A stretch of 64,000 nucleotides of DNA, from positions 1,152,001 through 1,216,000 of the forward strand of contig CAVYYI010000001.1 of the NCBI GenBank assembly GCA_963772725.1, written 5' to 3'. The position numbers and the translations under genes were made by a program. Origin of the DNA: an uncultured Phycisphaerales bacterium. Its GTDB lineage: Bacteria; Planctomycetota; Phycisphaerae; Sedimentisphaerales; Anaerobacaceae. The notes beneath the pieces were generated by a model, which worked only from the letters and a program-made list of their open reading frames with translations, did no database searches and was not told the origin of the DNA. Below, one piece after another: positions 22,239-34,555 of this stretch (positions are counted from its first letter, which is position 1; the number at the start of each line of letters is the position of its first letter).

Positions 22239-23696
22239 CTATTTAGGCAACTGGGCCTCGAGTTCAGTCAATTTCTCCACGGAGACATTTTCCGCGGTCA
22301 AATTTCCATACATTACACGGTACTGGCCATCGGAAATCTTCCAACGAAGAAGAACAGCATTGGGTTCGTTGGCTGTAACTCTATCGCCGTAATATGCGGC
22401 GTCTTTATCAGTTTTTACCAACTCAGCATAAAACGTGCAGGCTCCCATAACAACTGAATATTTTTCCATTGCTTTTTTCATTGTTTGTTCCATCAACTGC
22501 TCTTTTTCCTCTTTAGTCAGCTTATTATTCGGGTCGTTACGATTGGAACGATTTTTTGCTCCTATAGCCTTCATAACATCTTTCATAATATCCATTGTCG
22601 CTAAACGGCGAGGGTATTTGCCTCCTGTTATTTCCGCATAAACCTGCAATCCCTTGACGGCACTTCCTTCATCGTTGCCTGGCATTTGCATTTCTGCCAT
22701 TAATTTATAGTCCGGAGGTATATTCGGCTCAAATGTTTCCGGAGCAATCTCCACACCCCACTGAAAATTATCCATCACCATCAACATATTTGTCGGTGAG
22801 CCATCATTAGAATCCTGCACCGGCATCTGCATTTCCATTTCAATTCGCACCGGAAACTGGTTTACAATATCCACCCATGCACGCCATGTACAATTCTCGA
22901 ATTGTCCGCCGAAAACCTTCGGGTCAGTGGTTTCAATGCCTTCTACTTCGACACCATCAATTACACTGCGTCCCAATTCAGTGTATTTGCCCGATGTGTA
23001 CAGTTTAAACATTTCCCTCGGATCACTTCCCTGCAGACGCATCTTCATAAGCTGCTCATCTGTCAACCGCATTTTTATATATTGTTTCCCCTGCGGTATC
23101 AAAGAAAGCATTACTTTCTGTGATGGAATGGTATATTGCATCATACTTATATTTCCATCCACATAAGTATCCGCGCGATATCCATACTCGGAAGATACAT
23201 ACATTTCCTGCTCCATCTCCTGAACCTTATCGCCCAGTTTACCACCGGATATTTTCGAATGACCACGGAAAATACACGTCTTGATATTTCCGACACGTTC
23301 GGCTACCTGAGACCAGGCTACACTTGTCATATCGATTGAACCTCCAAAATGATGTACGCCAATAACTACCGCTATGATTATAATCGCGGCAGCGGCTAAT
23401 TTTGTAATTTTGCTTTTCATAATTGTTCTCCAAATTAAGGTTAAAGTTAATTGTTTTTCAGCAGGAGTAAATTTTATTGAGTCTATGACCTTTTTTTCCA
23501 GCCGGCTAAGAACAGGACGCATCGCATCAGCGAAATCGTTCAGCAGTTTATCGTCGGCCTGCAACTGCCGCAGGTACACGGCGCAGGCGGGACACTGGCT
23601 TATATGACGCTCAATGGCAAGTTTATTTTCAGCGGTCAACTGCCCTTCTATAAGTTCCGAAATTTGTTCTTGAATATTTTCGCAAATCTTTTCCAT
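22239..23696 (-). CDS. Anti-sigma factor (zf-HC2, TM, periplasmic domain)
   Basis: C..ERHISQCPAC zinc-binding motif, TM after MKSKITKLAAAA; coupled to the sigma gene by a TAATG overlap. Confidence 0.85.
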   Translation of the reverse strand: MEKICENIQEQISELIEGQLTAENKLAIERHISQCPACAVYLRQLQADDKLLNDFADAMRPVLSRLEKKVIDSIKFTPAEKQLTLTLIWRTIMKSKITKLAAAAIIIIAVVIGVHHFGGSIDMTSVAWSQVAERVGNIKTCIFRGHSKISGGKLGDKVQEMEQEMYVSSEYGYRADTYVDGNISMMQYTIPSQKVMLSLIPQGKQYIKMRLTDEQLMKMRLQGSDPREMFKLYTSGKYTELGRSVIDGVEVEGIETTDPKVFGGQFENCTWRAWVDIVNQFPVRIEMEMQMPVQDSNDGSPTNMLMVMDNFQWGVEIAPETFEPNIPPDYKLMAEMQMPGNDEGSAVKGLQVYAEITGGKYPRRLATMDIMKDVMKAIGAKNRSNRNDPNNKLTKEEKEQLMEQTMKKAMEKYSVVMGACTFYAELVKTDKDAAYYGDRVTANEPNAVLLRWKISDGQYRVMYGNLTAENVSVEKLTELEAQLPK

Positions 23697-24220
23697 TACA
23701 GGCATCCTTCAGCGGCCAATAACTTACGCAATTCTTTTCTTGCCCGGCTCATCCGTGCGTGTACGGCGGATTGGTTCAGGTCGAGCGTTTCACCAATGGT
23801 CTGTGTGCTTTTGCCGTCAAAATAATAAAGCAGCAAAATAAGTCTGCAATCTTCCGGAAGTTTCTCCAGGGCCGATTCGAGTTCGTAATAATCCTGTGTG
23901 CTGCTGATATCCTCATTGCAATGCTCAGCAAGAATATTTTCACCGCATTTTTGTCTCCGGATAAAATCCACACACAAATTTTTCGCAATACGGCTAATCC
24001 ATTGCCCAAACAGGCCTTTATCTTTGAGCTGCTTTATATCCGTAAGACCTTTAAGCATAGTCTGCTGAGCGAGGTCTTCAGCATCATGCCGATTACCGAG
24101 CATACCAAGACAAATCGCAAAAATCCGGCTGGAATGCATCCTGACAAGGTCCGTATATGCCAACCTGTCTTCGTCGCGGCAAAGTTCAACAGGTTTTTTT
24201 TCTAAATCTGCCTTCAACAT
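23696..24220 (-). CDS. ECF sigma-70 factor
   Basis: DAEDLAQQT, WISRIAKNLCVDFIR, LEKLPEDCR, AVHARMSRARKELR; CAGGAG RBS before ATG 24220. Confidence 0.93.
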   Translation of the reverse strand: MLKADLEKKPVELCRDEDRLAYTDLVRMHSSRIFAICLGMLGNRHDAEDLAQQTMLKGLTDIKQLKDKGLFGQWISRIAKNLCVDFIRRQKCGENILAEHCNEDISSTQDYYELESALEKLPEDCRLILLLYYFDGKSTQTIGETLDLNQSAVHARMSRARKELRKLLAAEGCL

Positions 24221-24239
24221 AAGCTCCTGTTCTATAATA

Positions 24240-24268
24240 AAGACGAACAACAGGACGAAAAGCTGACA
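24240..24268 (-). promoter_or_regulatory. Putative autoregulated ECF promoter
   Basis: TGTCAGC-N16-CGTCTT just upstream of the sigma RBS; CGTC is a typical ECF -10 element. Confidence 0.5.
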
Positions 24269-24460
24269 AAAAAATTTTACAAATTTTGAAATAATTATAC
24301 CTTTTGATTTCTCTGAGCATATACAAAAACCACACGTATAGAAAGCAAAGAATAGGCAACCTTTGAATTTTTTAGAAGTTTTGTATTTTTGCTTTCTTTT
24401 TTTCGCATTAATCGTATATTATGGCGGCAGTAAGAATAACCCAAAAAATACATAGATAAA

Positions 24461-26905
24461 ATGGCAAGTAACCTGAAAAATCTTATATTAGCGTGCGACG
24501 GCTGGCAAATCGCGGTTGCCGGTGATACTTCTTCGGAACTGGAGAATTTATTGAACAACAAAAAAGGTTCATCGAAGGAAGGTGACCATGAAATAAAATT
24601 GCCGGGAGTGATAGGCATACTGCCGATTCGCAACGCGGTTGTATATCCCGGCACGGTATCGCCGCTGGCCATAGGGCGAGAACGAAGCAAGATACTGCTC
24701 GAAGATACCAAGCCTAATGAAACCGTAATAGGGCTTGTTACACAGCATAAACCCGAAAATGAGGAGCCGGGTTTTGACGATATTTACACAGTGGGAACAG
24801 CGGCGTCCGTGCTTAAAGTCATCAAAATGCCGCAAGGCTCGATTCATATCATAGTCCACGGCATAGCGCGCTTTAAGATTATAAAAAGGATTGAGACCAA
24901 GCCTTATCTTAAGGCCGGTATCGAGATGCTGCGGGTAAGATATACGATGAGCAAAAAACTCCAGGCGCTGATGGTAAGTGTGCGGCAGACGGCTAATCGC
25001 GTAATAGCCCTAAGTCCCAATGTCCCCGAAGAGGCTTCGGTGCTGCTGGAAAATATCGAGAACCCCTCGGCACTGGCGGATTTCCTGGCGGCAAATCTTA
25101 ATATCGATATACCTAAGAAACAGCAGCTCCTCGAGGAACTGGACGCCGAAAAGCGGTTGGGGGATATATCGTTAGCGCTGGCCAATCAGCTTGAGGTTCT
25201 CGAAATGAGCCATAAAATTCAGGGCCGCGTGCGGGAATCGATAAACAAAAATCAGCGCGAATATTTTCTGCAGGAGCAGTTAAAGGCCATTCAGGATGAG
25301 CTTGGCCAGGAAGACCGCAGAAGTGAAGAACTCGCACATCTCGAGAAAAATATCAAGAACGCAAAGATGCCCCAAAAAGTTGAGCAAGAGACACTTCGCG
25401 AACTTGAGCGGCTGAGCAAGATACCGCCCGCCTCACCGGAATACAGCGTGATAAGGTCTTACCTGGACTGGATTTGTGAACTGCCATGGTCGGTAGAGAC
25501 CGTTGACCAGCTCGATATAAATAAAGCCGAACAGATACTGAACAAAGACCATTATGACCTGCAAAAAGTCAAGAAACGCATTCTCGAATTTCTCGCGGTT
25601 CGAAAGCTGAATCCCAAAGGCAAAAGCCCTATATTGTGTTTTGTCGGGCCGCCGGGTGTTGGCAAAACATCGCTTGGCAAATCCATCGCACGGGCAATGG
25701 GGAGAAAATTTGTCCGCATATCGCTGGGCGGAATCAGGGATGAGGCTGATATCCGCGGACATCGCAGAACATATATTGGTGCCCTGCCGGGCAGAATCCT
25801 GCAGGAACTGAGAAAATGTAAAAGCAAAAACCCTGTTTTTATGCTCGATGAACTCGACAAAATCGGCGCCGACTTTCGCGGCGACCCCGCAAGCGCACTA
25901 CTGGAAGTGCTGGACCCTGAACAGAATTTTAGTTTTACCGACCATTATCTCGACCAGCCTTTTAGTCTTTCAAATGTGATGTTCATTGGGACAGCGAACT
26001 ATATGGAACCAGTTCCTCCTGCGCTGCGTGACAGGATGGAAATTATAGGATTGCCGGGTTATACCGAAATAGAAAAGCTTAATATAGCTAAAAAATATCT
26101 TGTTCGGCGACAGCTCTCGGAAAACGGCCTAACCAAAAAGAGCCTGAATATAAAACCCGACGCGATACAGACGATAATCAAGGGCTACACCCGCGAGGCG
26201 GGGGTGAGAAATCTCGAAAGAGATATAGCGGCAGTATGCAGAGCCGTAGCGACCGAAATCGCCAAAGGGAAGAAAAGCAGCAGAACAATCGGCAAATATG
26301 ACCTGGCAAAAATACTCGGCCCTGTGCAATTCGAGTCGGAACTTGCGCTGCGGACAGGAATGCCGGGCGTGGCAACAGGCCTTGCGTACACTCCGTCAGG
26401 CGGAGAATTACTGTTTATCGAATCAGCTTCTATGCCGGGCAAAGGACAACTGCAACTGACCGGACAAATTGGCGATGTGATGCAGGAAAGCGCAAAGGCA
26501 GCGTTTTCCGTACTAAAGGCAAACACAAAGAAGTTGAACATATCGCCGGCGTTATTCAGTAAAACGGATTACCATATCCACGTACCTGCTGGCGCGATAC
26601 CCAAGGACGGCCCGAGCGCCGGTGTCGCGATGTTCACCTCATTAGTCTCGCTGGTTACGGGAAAACCTGTTCGGCCTGATGTCGCAATGACAGGTGAGAT
26701 AACACTCCGCGGTTTAGTGCTGCCGATTGGCGGTTTAAAGGAAAAAATCCTCGCCGCAAAGGAAGCGGGCATAAAAACCATTATTTTGCCTTACAGAAAT
26801 AAAAAGGATTTGTCCGAGGTACCGCCGGAAGCCAAAAAAAACCTGACCTTCAAATTCGTAAAAAACACCGACGAAGCTCTAAAAATAGCGTTGAACGCTG
26901 ATTAA
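24461..26905 (+). CDS. lon: ATP-dependent Lon protease
   Basis: [37 protein letters not shown] catalytic Ser, IGGLKEK; exact start uncertain. Confidence 0.97.
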   Translation: MASNLKNLILACDGWQIAVAGDTSSELENLLNNKKGSSKEGDHEIKLPGVIGILPIRNAVVYPGTVSPLAIGRERSKILLEDTKPNETVIGLVTQHKPENEEPGFDDIYTVGTAASVLKVIKMPQGSIHIIVHGIARFKIIKRIETKPYLKAGIEMLRVRYTMSKKLQALMVSVRQTANRVIALSPNVPEEASVLLENIENPSALADFLAANLNIDIPKKQQLLEELDAEKRLGDISLALANQLEVLEMSHKIQGRVRESINKNQREYFLQEQLKAIQDELGQEDRRSEELAHLEKNIKNAKMPQKVEQETLRELERLSKIPPASPEYSVIRSYLDWICELPWSVETVDQLDINKAEQILNKDHYDLQKVKKRILEFLAVRKLNPKGKSPILCFVGPPGVGKTSLGKSIARAMGRKFVRISLGGIRDEADIRGHRRTYIGALPGRILQELRKCKSKNPVFMLDELDKIGADFRGDPASALLEVLDPEQNFSFTDHYLDQPFSLSNVMFIGTANYMEPVPPALRDRMEIIGLPGYTEIEKLNIAKKYLVRRQLSENGLTKKSLNIKPDAIQTIIKGYTREAGVRNLERDIAAVCRAVATEIAKGKKSSRTIGKYDLAKILGPVQFESELALRTGMPGVATGLAYTPSGGELLFIESASMPGKGQLQLTGQIGDVMQESAKAAFSVLKANTKKLNISPALFSKTDYHIHVPAGAIPKDGPSAGVAMFTSLVSLVTGKPVRPDVAMTGEITLRGLVLPIGGLKEKILAAKEAGIKTIILPYRNKKDLSEVPPEAKKNLTFKFVKNTDEALKIALNAD

Positions 26906-26939
26906 AAAGGTTGAATCGAACATAAAGATTATAAATAGC

Positions 26940-27932
26940 CTATGGCAGAACTTCAACTATTGATTCGCCGCCCATCAGCATATTATACACCAATACCACA
27001 TCGCCATTATGCAGCCGAATGCAGCCACGCGATTTTGCTGAACCTATTTCATTAGCGTCCTTTGTGCCGTGAATGGCAAAACCCGTTCTGTCTTTAGCCT
27101 CGCCTTGCAGTCCCTCAAGCCCTATCCATCTTGAACCCAGCGGATAATCCGGACTTTCCGGTTCGTATCTTTTACCCGTATCAGGGTCTGTCCACGGGGG
27201 TGAAATCAACTTGCCGTCGCTCCTGGCACGCCAGATGCCGGTCGGCGTATCTCTGCCCTCTTTACCAAGCCCCACAGGGAAACTCCGCACAAAAGTGCCG
27301 TTAAGATACACGTCCATTATAAATTTTGACCGATATACTTTTATGTTAAACGAGCCGTTAACCACCTTTAACCGTTCGTCTGCCCGTATAGCATTTACAC
27401 TTGGAAGTCTGTTTATATCCCTGAGCAATTCCGCAGGCACCTTAAACTGCCTGCCGATCGCCGCAAGCACATCGCCCGGCAAAACCTTATATACCCCGCA
27501 AAGTTTGTCATCCGGAAAAATATTTTTACTGAACAGCCACTCATCGGCAAGTTTCGACATCTGCTCTTTCACAAATATTCGCTGCTGTTCATCCAAAGAC
27601 ATCGACAGAACAGCATTAAGCATGTCACGTGCTTCTATTATTCTTGCCGGATTTGCGTTAACGGCCTCCATAGCTTTTGCGATAAGAGCGGATGCCTGTG
27701 AATTGGAATCAGAAACAGGCTTAGCGGCTGCAGGCGGCAATGGTGCCTTGACCGCATTATCAGGTTTTGTGTTTGCGTCAGCAGCGATTTCTCTTGTTTG
27801 ACCTGTTTTTGCTCTGAATGGATTATAAAAAATAAAAGTTATTACCACTGCGAATATCAGTATAGTTAAAATGCCGTATATCAACATCTTTGTATTTCGC
27901 CTGTCACCAAAATCTGACGGATAACGAGCCAT
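26940..27932 (-). CDS. LysM-containing L,D-transpeptidase (YkuD family)
   Basis: N-terminal TM, LysM (YKVLPGDVLAAIGRQF), TPTG, AIHGT..SRGCIRL. Confidence 0.9.
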   Translation of the reverse strand: MARYPSDFGDRRNTKMLIYGILTILIFAVVITFIFYNPFRAKTGQTREIAADANTKPDNAVKAPLPPAAAKPVSDSNSQASALIAKAMEAVNANPARIIEARDMLNAVLSMSLDEQQRIFVKEQMSKLADEWLFSKNIFPDDKLCGVYKVLPGDVLAAIGRQFKVPAELLRDINRLPSVNAIRADERLKVVNGSFNIKVYRSKFIMDVYLNGTFVRSFPVGLGKEGRDTPTGIWRARSDGKLISPPWTDPDTGKRYEPESPDYPLGSRWIGLEGLQGEAKDRTGFAIHGTKDANEIGSAKSRGCIRLHNGDVVLVYNMLMGGESIVEVLP

Positions 27933-27933
27933 T

Positions 27934-28536
27934 TTATTCTCCTTGTTTTTTATTAAAATATATTACGCTTTCATCGGTAACCAAAAAATCCATTGGCTCA
28001 TCATATTGGGCCGCCGGCACCGAGTCAACCAATTGCTCCGCAAAGGCAAAACCGCATCTGCGAGCCTTAAGTTCCTTATTGGCGAAAAACCTGTCATAAT
28101 ATGATGCCCCCCTGCCCAGTCGATTACCTTCCCTGTCAAACGCCAAACCAGGCGCAACAACCAAATCTATTTCCGCATAAGGTATTGGTTCTCCCTCCAA
28201 AGGATTTCGCACTCCCGCCGATTCCATCGAAAAACCGGTCTCCAGGGTATTTATCTTCACCGGTATCATATGCCTCTGCTGCCACGAAATCTTTGGAACT
28301 GCAACGGTTTTTCCCATCTGCCAGGCTGCAAGTATCGCCTCGGAGGTATCTACTTCACGCGAAGTGGACAGGAACATCATTATTACAGACGCCTCCTGAA
28401 ATTCCTTTGTGGCTATGAGATTCTGGCAGGCTTTCCTGCTTTTTTCTGTACGCGTTTTTTCGGCCATAGAAACCAGCGTACGCTGTATAGCCTTACGCAA
28501 CTGCTCTTTATCAGATTTTAATTGTGTATCCTGCAT
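27934..28536 (-). CDS. 5-formyltetrahydrofolate cyclo-ligase
   Basis: DLVVAPGLAFDREGNRLGRGASYYDRF. Confidence 0.93.
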   Translation of the reverse strand: MQDTQLKSDKEQLRKAIQRTLVSMAEKTRTEKSRKACQNLIATKEFQEASVIMMFLSTSREVDTSEAILAAWQMGKTVAVPKISWQQRHMIPVKINTLETGFSMESAGVRNPLEGEPIPYAEIDLVVAPGLAFDREGNRLGRGASYYDRFFANKELKARRCGFAFAEQLVDSVPAAQYDEPMDFLVTDESVIYFNKKQGE

Positions 28537-28550
28537 TTCTTTACTCGCTT

Positions 28551-29907
28551 TTATATTTTATGCTGTTTTATCAATGTTTCAAGTTTTTGTAAATAAATCC
28601 TTATATTTTTTTCAAAACCCGCATCTTTAGGCTCATAATATTTTTTCTTTGCCGCCGCAGGCAGATATTCTTGCGGAACAAATCCGTCCTTGAAATTATG
28701 CGGATATTTATAATCCGCACCGAAACCGGCCTTTTTCGCGGCAGCATAATGGCTGTCCTTGAGATGCTTAGGTACTGCCACCGTCACCTGCGATTTCACG
28801 TCGCTAACCGCCTGCCATATCGCGCTGCCGCAGCGTTGGATTTCGGGCACAGGCGATATAAATAGCCGCCTGAGCAAGCGGCAACTGCGCCTCAGGCAAG
28901 CCTATAAATTCCGATATTTGCACTGCCGCCGCTGCAAGAACCGTGGCCATTGGGTCAGCGTTTCCAACATCTTCAGCCGCACAAACGGCGATGCGTCTGG
29001 CGATAAAACGCGGTTCTTCACCGCCAGCAATCATCCTTGCAAGCCAGTAAACCGCCGCGTCAGGGTCGCTGCCTCGCATACTCTTCTGAAATGCGCTGGC
29101 CAAATCATAATGCGTATCGCCGGTCCCATTATAATTAATCGACTTTTGCTGTATCGATTCCTTAGCAACTTCAAGGTCAAAATTGATTTTTTTCCCGTTT
29201 TCCCTCACGGCCTGTGACAAAACCCCAACCTCAAGCGCCGTTAACGCCCTTCTCGCGTCGCCATCGCACATAACCGCCAGAAGTTTCAACGCTTTTTCGT
29301 CAGCCTCGATGTCCAGCCTGCCAAGTCCTCGCTCTTTATCTGTTAAGGCTGTTCGCAACAGTTGCAAAATGTCATCTTCAGTAAGCGGCTCAAAACAAAA
29401 AACCGTGCTGCGTGAAATTAACGGCGAATTTACCGAAAAATACGGATTCTCTGTGGTCGCACCTATCAATATCAGTATCCCCGCCTCAACATCGTCAAGC
29501 AGCACATCCTGCTGCGCACGGTTAAAACGATGAATTTCATCTATGAAAAGCACTGTCCTTTTCCCGCTGCCAGCAAGAGCGTCTTTTGCCGCCCTGATTA
29601 TTTCGCGAATATCGCTGACAGATGCTGCCGGTGCACTGAGATAGCGAAATTCAGCTTTGGTATGATTCGCTATAACACGGGCCAGTGAAGTCTTGCCCAC
29701 GCCTGGCGGACCGTAAAATATCAAACTGCTCAGCCTGTCCGCTTCAAGCATCCTCCTAAGCAATTTATCTTCTCCGATGAAGTGTTTCTGACCAGCGAAT
29801 TCTTCAAGCTTTCGAGGCCTCATTCTCACAGCCAAAGGTGCCGCTGAATCTATATTAGCTTTTTCAGATTTACTGAAAAGTGTCGTATTGCCCTTGTTCT
29901 CGTGCAT
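28551..29907 (-). CDS. rarA: Replication-associated recombination protein A, frameshift near 28840
   Basis: [43 protein letters not shown]-terminal VPKHLKD..YKYPH in the second frame. Confidence 0.93.
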
Positions 29908-30115
29908 GGCTTACTATTATACCCTCAAAAGGCAATTCTGTCGAAAAATATATTTTTGCTTTTTCTAAAAATACCAATATTTTACAGTTCAATACCCCTA
30001 TCCTTTCTGCCAAAAAATCGAGCAGATTTCAATAGGATTTTCTTGACATTTTCTCGTTAGCTCTTTATAAGTAACGTTTTTAGTAACCTACAAGGCAAGT
30101 TTTATTGGAGAATTA

Positions 30116-31508
30116 ATGATGAACCAGAAAATCTACCTTAATGAAAACGATATCCCACGTCAATGGTATAACCTCGCCGCTGATTTACCTACGCCAATGC
30201 TGCCCCCACTCGGACCCGACGGTAAACCAGTAACTCCCGACATGCTCGCCCCGGTCTTTCCGATGAACCTGATAGAGCAGGAAGTCAGCACAAAACGCTG
30301 GATTGATATTCCTGAAGAAATTCTTAATATTCTTTATCGGTGGCGGCCGGCTCCTCTGCGAAGAGCGGTTAACCTCGAAAAGTACCTCAAAACCCCTGCG
30401 CATATTTACTATAAGGACGAAAGCACCAGCCCGCCCGGCAGCCACAAGCCAAATACCGCCGTTCCACAGGCATGGTACAATAAGCAATTCGGAATAAAGA
30501 GAATAACTACGGAAACCGGCGCAGGACAATGGGGCAGCGCACTTGCTTTTGCCTGTAAACTTCTTGATATCGAATGTAAAGTCTATATGGTTAGAATCAG
30601 TTTTGACCAAAAACCCTTCCGTAAATTCATGATGCAGGTCTGGGGCGCAAATTGCGTTGCCAGCCCGAGCAACCAAACAAACGCCGGCAGAGAAATACTC
30701 AAAAAAATGCCTGACACGCCCGGCAGTCTCGGCATTGCCATCAGTGAAGCTATTGAAGACGCCGTTACCGATAAGTCCGGCAAAACACGGTATTCCCTGG
30801 GCAGCGTGTTAAATCACGTTATGCTTCATCAGACAATAATAGGACTCGAAGCAAAGAAACAGCTGAAAATTGCCGGTGAAAATCAGCCTGATATTATCAT
30901 CGGATGCGCTGGCGGCGGAAGCAACTTCGCAGGGCTTGCGTTTCCTTTTACCGCAGATAAGATTAATGGCGCAAATATAAAAATTATACCAGTTGAACCC
31001 ACCGCATGTCCCACAATGACACGCGCGCCCTTTGCTTACGATTTCGGAGATACCGCAGGCACAACTCCTCTTCTGGCGATGCACACCCTCGGACACGCCT
31101 TTGTTCCGCCTCCGATTCACGCCGGCGGCCTGAGATATCACGGTATGGCGCCTTTGGTATGCCAGGGCATCATCGAAGGACTTTTCGAACCGCAGGCATA
31201 TCATCAGCTCAAATGCTATGAGTCAGCCCTGCTCTGGGCAAAAACAGAAGGATTTATATGTGCCACCGGAAACAAGCCACGCAATCGCTTGCGTCATTGA
31301 CCAGGCGATAAAAGCCAAAGAGGAAGGCAAGGAAAAAGTCATACTCTTCAATTACAGCGGACATGGGCTGATGGACCTTTCCGGCTACGACAGCTATCTC
31401 GCCGGAAAACTCTCAGATTATGCGATGCCTGATGAAGAAATTGAGAAATATACAGCCCCTCTTAAAAAGTTCCCGAAAGCTGAAATAAGAAAAACAGGCA
31501 AGTGGTAA
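30116..31508 (+). CDS. trpB2: TrpB-like PLP enzyme (tryptophan synthase beta 2), frameshift near 31258
   Basis: [47 protein letters not shown] in the second frame. Confidence 0.92.
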
Positions 31509-31684
31509 ACTCTAACATAATTTTAATTTTTTCAATACAAAAAAAATATTTGATTTTCTTGTTGATTTTACTGCTGATGATGCTAAAATCTCTGAAATTT
31601 ATCTTTGCACAAATGTGGATTGCCTGAAGTTTTATTTGGATAGTTCACAAATTTATGACAATTTTTTTTAAGGAGAAATGGAAA

Positions 31685-32506
31685 ATGAAAAAGGAAGTTT
31701 TGATTGTCGCTGCAATGTTGTTGTGCCTGGCTGGCTTGGTTCAGGCTCAAACTCAGCTCTCGCCGCCAAGTAATGAACTGCATGGTTCTGTAGATGTAAC
31801 ATATTTGAGCAAATACATCTGGCGTGGCTTCAATATCTATGGGAGTAAATCCGCAATACAGCCGAGCATCGACCTGAACCTTTACAACACCGGCTTTGGC
31901 GTCAATGCAATGGGACACAGGGCTAACTCATCAGGTTTTGAGACCGGTGAACGATGGGATTACAGCCTGTATTATCAAAATAGTCTTTTCAACAATGAGG
32001 CTTATGTTACTAACTACAGAATCAGCTATGTGTATTACAACTATCCGGAACTGTCCAGCCATACAAGGGCAAGCGCCGACCTGCAGGAAATAAACGGTAT
32101 GTTTTCCTGGCCCAAAATTCTCGGCGTAGATGGCCTGGTTCCAAGTTATGTTCTTGTAAAACTGTGGCCGTCAAACAGCGAATCAACTGCTTCCGAGGCT
32201 TCCGGTTTTGCTCATATCTTTATGCTTGATTATGCCCTTCACACGGTATGCCCAATAACAGGCGGCAACAGGGTTATTAATCTGCACTCTGAGGTTATTT
32301 ACAATGACGGTGTTGACCCCCGCGGAGGCGGAACAGGTGTTGACCATGACTGGTCAAACGCTGTATTTGGTGCCTCAACAGACTTTAGCCTTGCCAAGAA
32401 TCTTGTTTTCACACCTGGAATTTATTACCAGATAACTATGGATAAATCAGTCAATACCAACAAGAACGAAACATGGGCAATGGCGAATTTAAGCTATAAA
32501 TTTTAA
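31685..32506 (+). CDS. Outer-membrane beta-barrel protein (TorF-like)
   Basis: Signal peptide, SKYIWRG, AIQP motif, C-terminal LSYKF. Confidence 0.7.
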   Translation: MKKEVLIVAAMLLCLAGLVQAQTQLSPPSNELHGSVDVTYLSKYIWRGFNIYGSKSAIQPSIDLNLYNTGFGVNAMGHRANSSGFETGERWDYSLYYQNSLFNNEAYVTNYRISYVYYNYPELSSHTRASADLQEINGMFSWPKILGVDGLVPSYVLVKLWPSNSESTASEASGFAHIFMLDYALHTVCPITGGNRVINLHSEVIYNDGVDPRGGGTGVDHDWSNAVFGASTDFSLAKNLVFTPGIYYQITMDKSVNTNKNETWAMANLSYKF

Positions 32507-32532
32507 TGTTAAGCTTCGATTTAAATTAACAG

Positions 32533-32569
32533 AAAAAAGGCCGGTTCATTTGAATGACCGGCCTTTTTT
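32533..32569. terminator. Bidirectional rho-independent terminator
   Basis: AAAAAAGGCCGGT..ACCGGCCTTTTTT between convergent genes. Confidence 0.88.
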
Positions 32570-32597
32570 ATTTTTACCGTCGTCGGCAGCTCAATTA

Positions 32598-33584
32598 CTA
32601 AAACATTCTTTTCACTACAAAATTCGCAGTTTCAATCAAAGCTTCCTTGGCGTTACTGTCATGCAGATTTATTAATGAGGCTGTCGCCGCCTCTGCGTAT
32701 TCCTTAGCACAGTTGTATGAATATTCAACACTGCCGCAAGACTTCAGCTTTCCCGCAAGGCGGTCTCTGCCTTTACCGTCGGAACTTAATATTCTCGTTA
32801 TTGTCTCTTTCTCTTTCCGGCTGACAGTTCTCAAAAGATGTATTACCGCTAAAGTGAGTTTGTTCTTGTCAAAATCCCTGCCCGGTGTTTTCCCGGTTTT
32901 ACCTTTATCACCAATAATATCGAGCAGGTCATCGACTATCTGAAATGCTATGCCAACATTCAGACCAAACTCGGCAAGTGCTTTGGCCGTACTTTCATTT
33001 GCCTGCGACAGCAACGCTCCCGAGTAACAGCAGTTACTGAAAAATATGGCGCTTTTACGTGTTATTATATCTATATATTCTTCTTCGCTTAACTCAAAAT
33101 TTCTTCTTTGAGTTATCTGATTTATCTCGCCTTTGCAGATTTCCCCAGCCGAATCACTGATTATTCTGATGATTCTTGGCTCCAAATCAACACACATCCG
33201 CAGTACCCTGGTCAATAGGAAATCACCCAGCAAAACTGCTGATTCGTTACCAAATAGCCTGTTTATAGTAGGCATTCCACGCCTTTCTCTGCCGTCATCC
33301 ATAACATCATCATGAAAAAGCGTGGCATTGTGAATCATTTCCGTAATAGCAGCGATACGAATATGGCTTTGCGAAATGCCACCGCAGCACAACCCACTAA
33401 GCAAAACGAGGCCTGACCGGAGCATCTTGCCATGCATTGCACCGCATACCGAATCCATCATCTTGACTATTTCCTCGGAAGCGTCACTTACTATGCAGGA
33501 CAGCATAAGCTCCTTTACCTGCCCCAATTCGTTCTCGATTGGCTTAAAAATACCAGATAAATAATCAGTTGTTAATGATTGCAT
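32598..33584 (-). CDS. Polyprenyl diphosphate synthase
   Basis: GKMLR, HDDVMD (FARM), RRG, FQIVDDLLD (SARM). Confidence 0.93.
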   Translation of the reverse strand: MQSLTTDYLSGIFKPIENELGQVKELMLSCIVSDASEEIVKMMDSVCGAMHGKMLRSGLVLLSGLCCGGISQSHIRIAAITEMIHNATLFHDDVMDDGRERRGMPTINRLFGNESAVLLGDFLLTRVLRMCVDLEPRIIRIISDSAGEICKGEINQITQRRNFELSEEEYIDIITRKSAIFFSNCCYSGALLSQANESTAKALAEFGLNVGIAFQIVDDLLDIIGDKGKTGKTPGRDFDKNKLTLAVIHLLRTVSRKEKETITRILSSDGKGRDRLAGKLKSCGSVEYSYNCAKEYAEAATASLINLHDSNAKEALIETANFVVKRMF

Positions 33585-33656
33585 AATGCCCCAAAGAAAG
33601 CTTTAAATTTTGAACGCCCCCCCTGCTCACAATATAGTGTTTCGCAGAGAATAAAA

Positions 33657-34523
33657 CTATTTTTCCTTTCTTCTGGCATACTCAAAAAATCTTTTTCTCA
33701 GCAGTTTGGTAACATCCCCCGGCCTGCCTTCACCTATGCTCCTGCCGTCGATTTCCACTACACCAATCACCTCTGCCGCCGTTCCCGTAAGGAAAAACTC
33801 GTCACACACATATAAATCAAACCTTGTCAGATTTTTTTCCACTACCGGCAGTTTCTCCTTTTGGGCTAATCTCATCACAACACCGCGAGTTATCCCCTCC
33901 AACGCGCCGGCCTCAATGGGCGGCGTATAAACCGTGCCATCTTTCACAATGAACACGTTATCCCCCGTCGCCTCCGCGACAAATCCCTCGTGATTATACA
34001 TAACCGCTTCAGGCACATTGTTATCCAAAGCCTCAATCTTGGCTAAAATATTATTAAGATAATTCAAACTCTTAACTTGCGGCGGAATCGACAGCGGATG
34101 ATTGCGAACCGTCGTCGCGCTTATTATCTTCATACCTTTTTCATAAAGCTCCTCAGGATAAAGTTGGACATTGTCCGCTATGATAAACACTTGTGAGGTT
34201 TCACACGTAAAAGGATTTAATCCAAGCGCACCGATACCACGCGTAATCACCAGACGAATATATCCGTCAACAACCTCGTTTGCTTTGACTGTCCCCTCGG
34301 TCGCCTCAATCAATTCTTTCTTGCTCATCGGTATCTCAATACGAATGACTTTCGCAGATTCGTAAAGACGCTTAATATGAGCATCAAGCTCAAATATGTT
34401 CCCGTCATAAACGCGTATCCCCTCGAAAACGCCGTCCCCGTAAAGCAGCCCGTGGTCAAAAACCGATATTTTCGCGTCAGCCTCATCAACCAGCCCTTTG
34501 CCAAGCCATATCTTCAATCCCAT
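33657..34523 (-). CDS. ilvE: Branched-chain amino acid aminotransferase
   Basis: DHGLLYGDGVFEG, KSLNYLNNI, EATGDN, LEGITR, GTAAE. Confidence 0.95.
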   Translation of the reverse strand: MGLKIWLGKGLVDEADAKISVFDHGLLYGDGVFEGIRVYDGNIFELDAHIKRLYESAKVIRIEIPMSKKELIEATEGTVKANEVVDGYIRLVITRGIGALGLNPFTCETSQVFIIADNVQLYPEELYEKGMKIISATTVRNHPLSIPPQVKSLNYLNNILAKIEALDNNVPEAVMYNHEGFVAEATGDNVFIVKDGTVYTPPIEAGALEGITRGVVMRLAQKEKLPVVEKNLTRFDLYVCDEFFLTGTAAEVIGVVEIDGRSIGEGRPGDVTKLLRKRFFEYARRKEK

Positions 34524-34555
34524 CGCTTGTTTTCCTTTTTCATCTTTCTTCATTA

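Noticed and set aside
28536..28560. 6S RNA upstream of the 5-formyl-THF cyclo-ligase gene
   Set aside because: Only 14 bp separate it from rarA; there is no room.
29910..30115. Trp attenuator or T-box before trpB2
   Set aside because: No Trp-codon leader peptide or T-box motif is visible.
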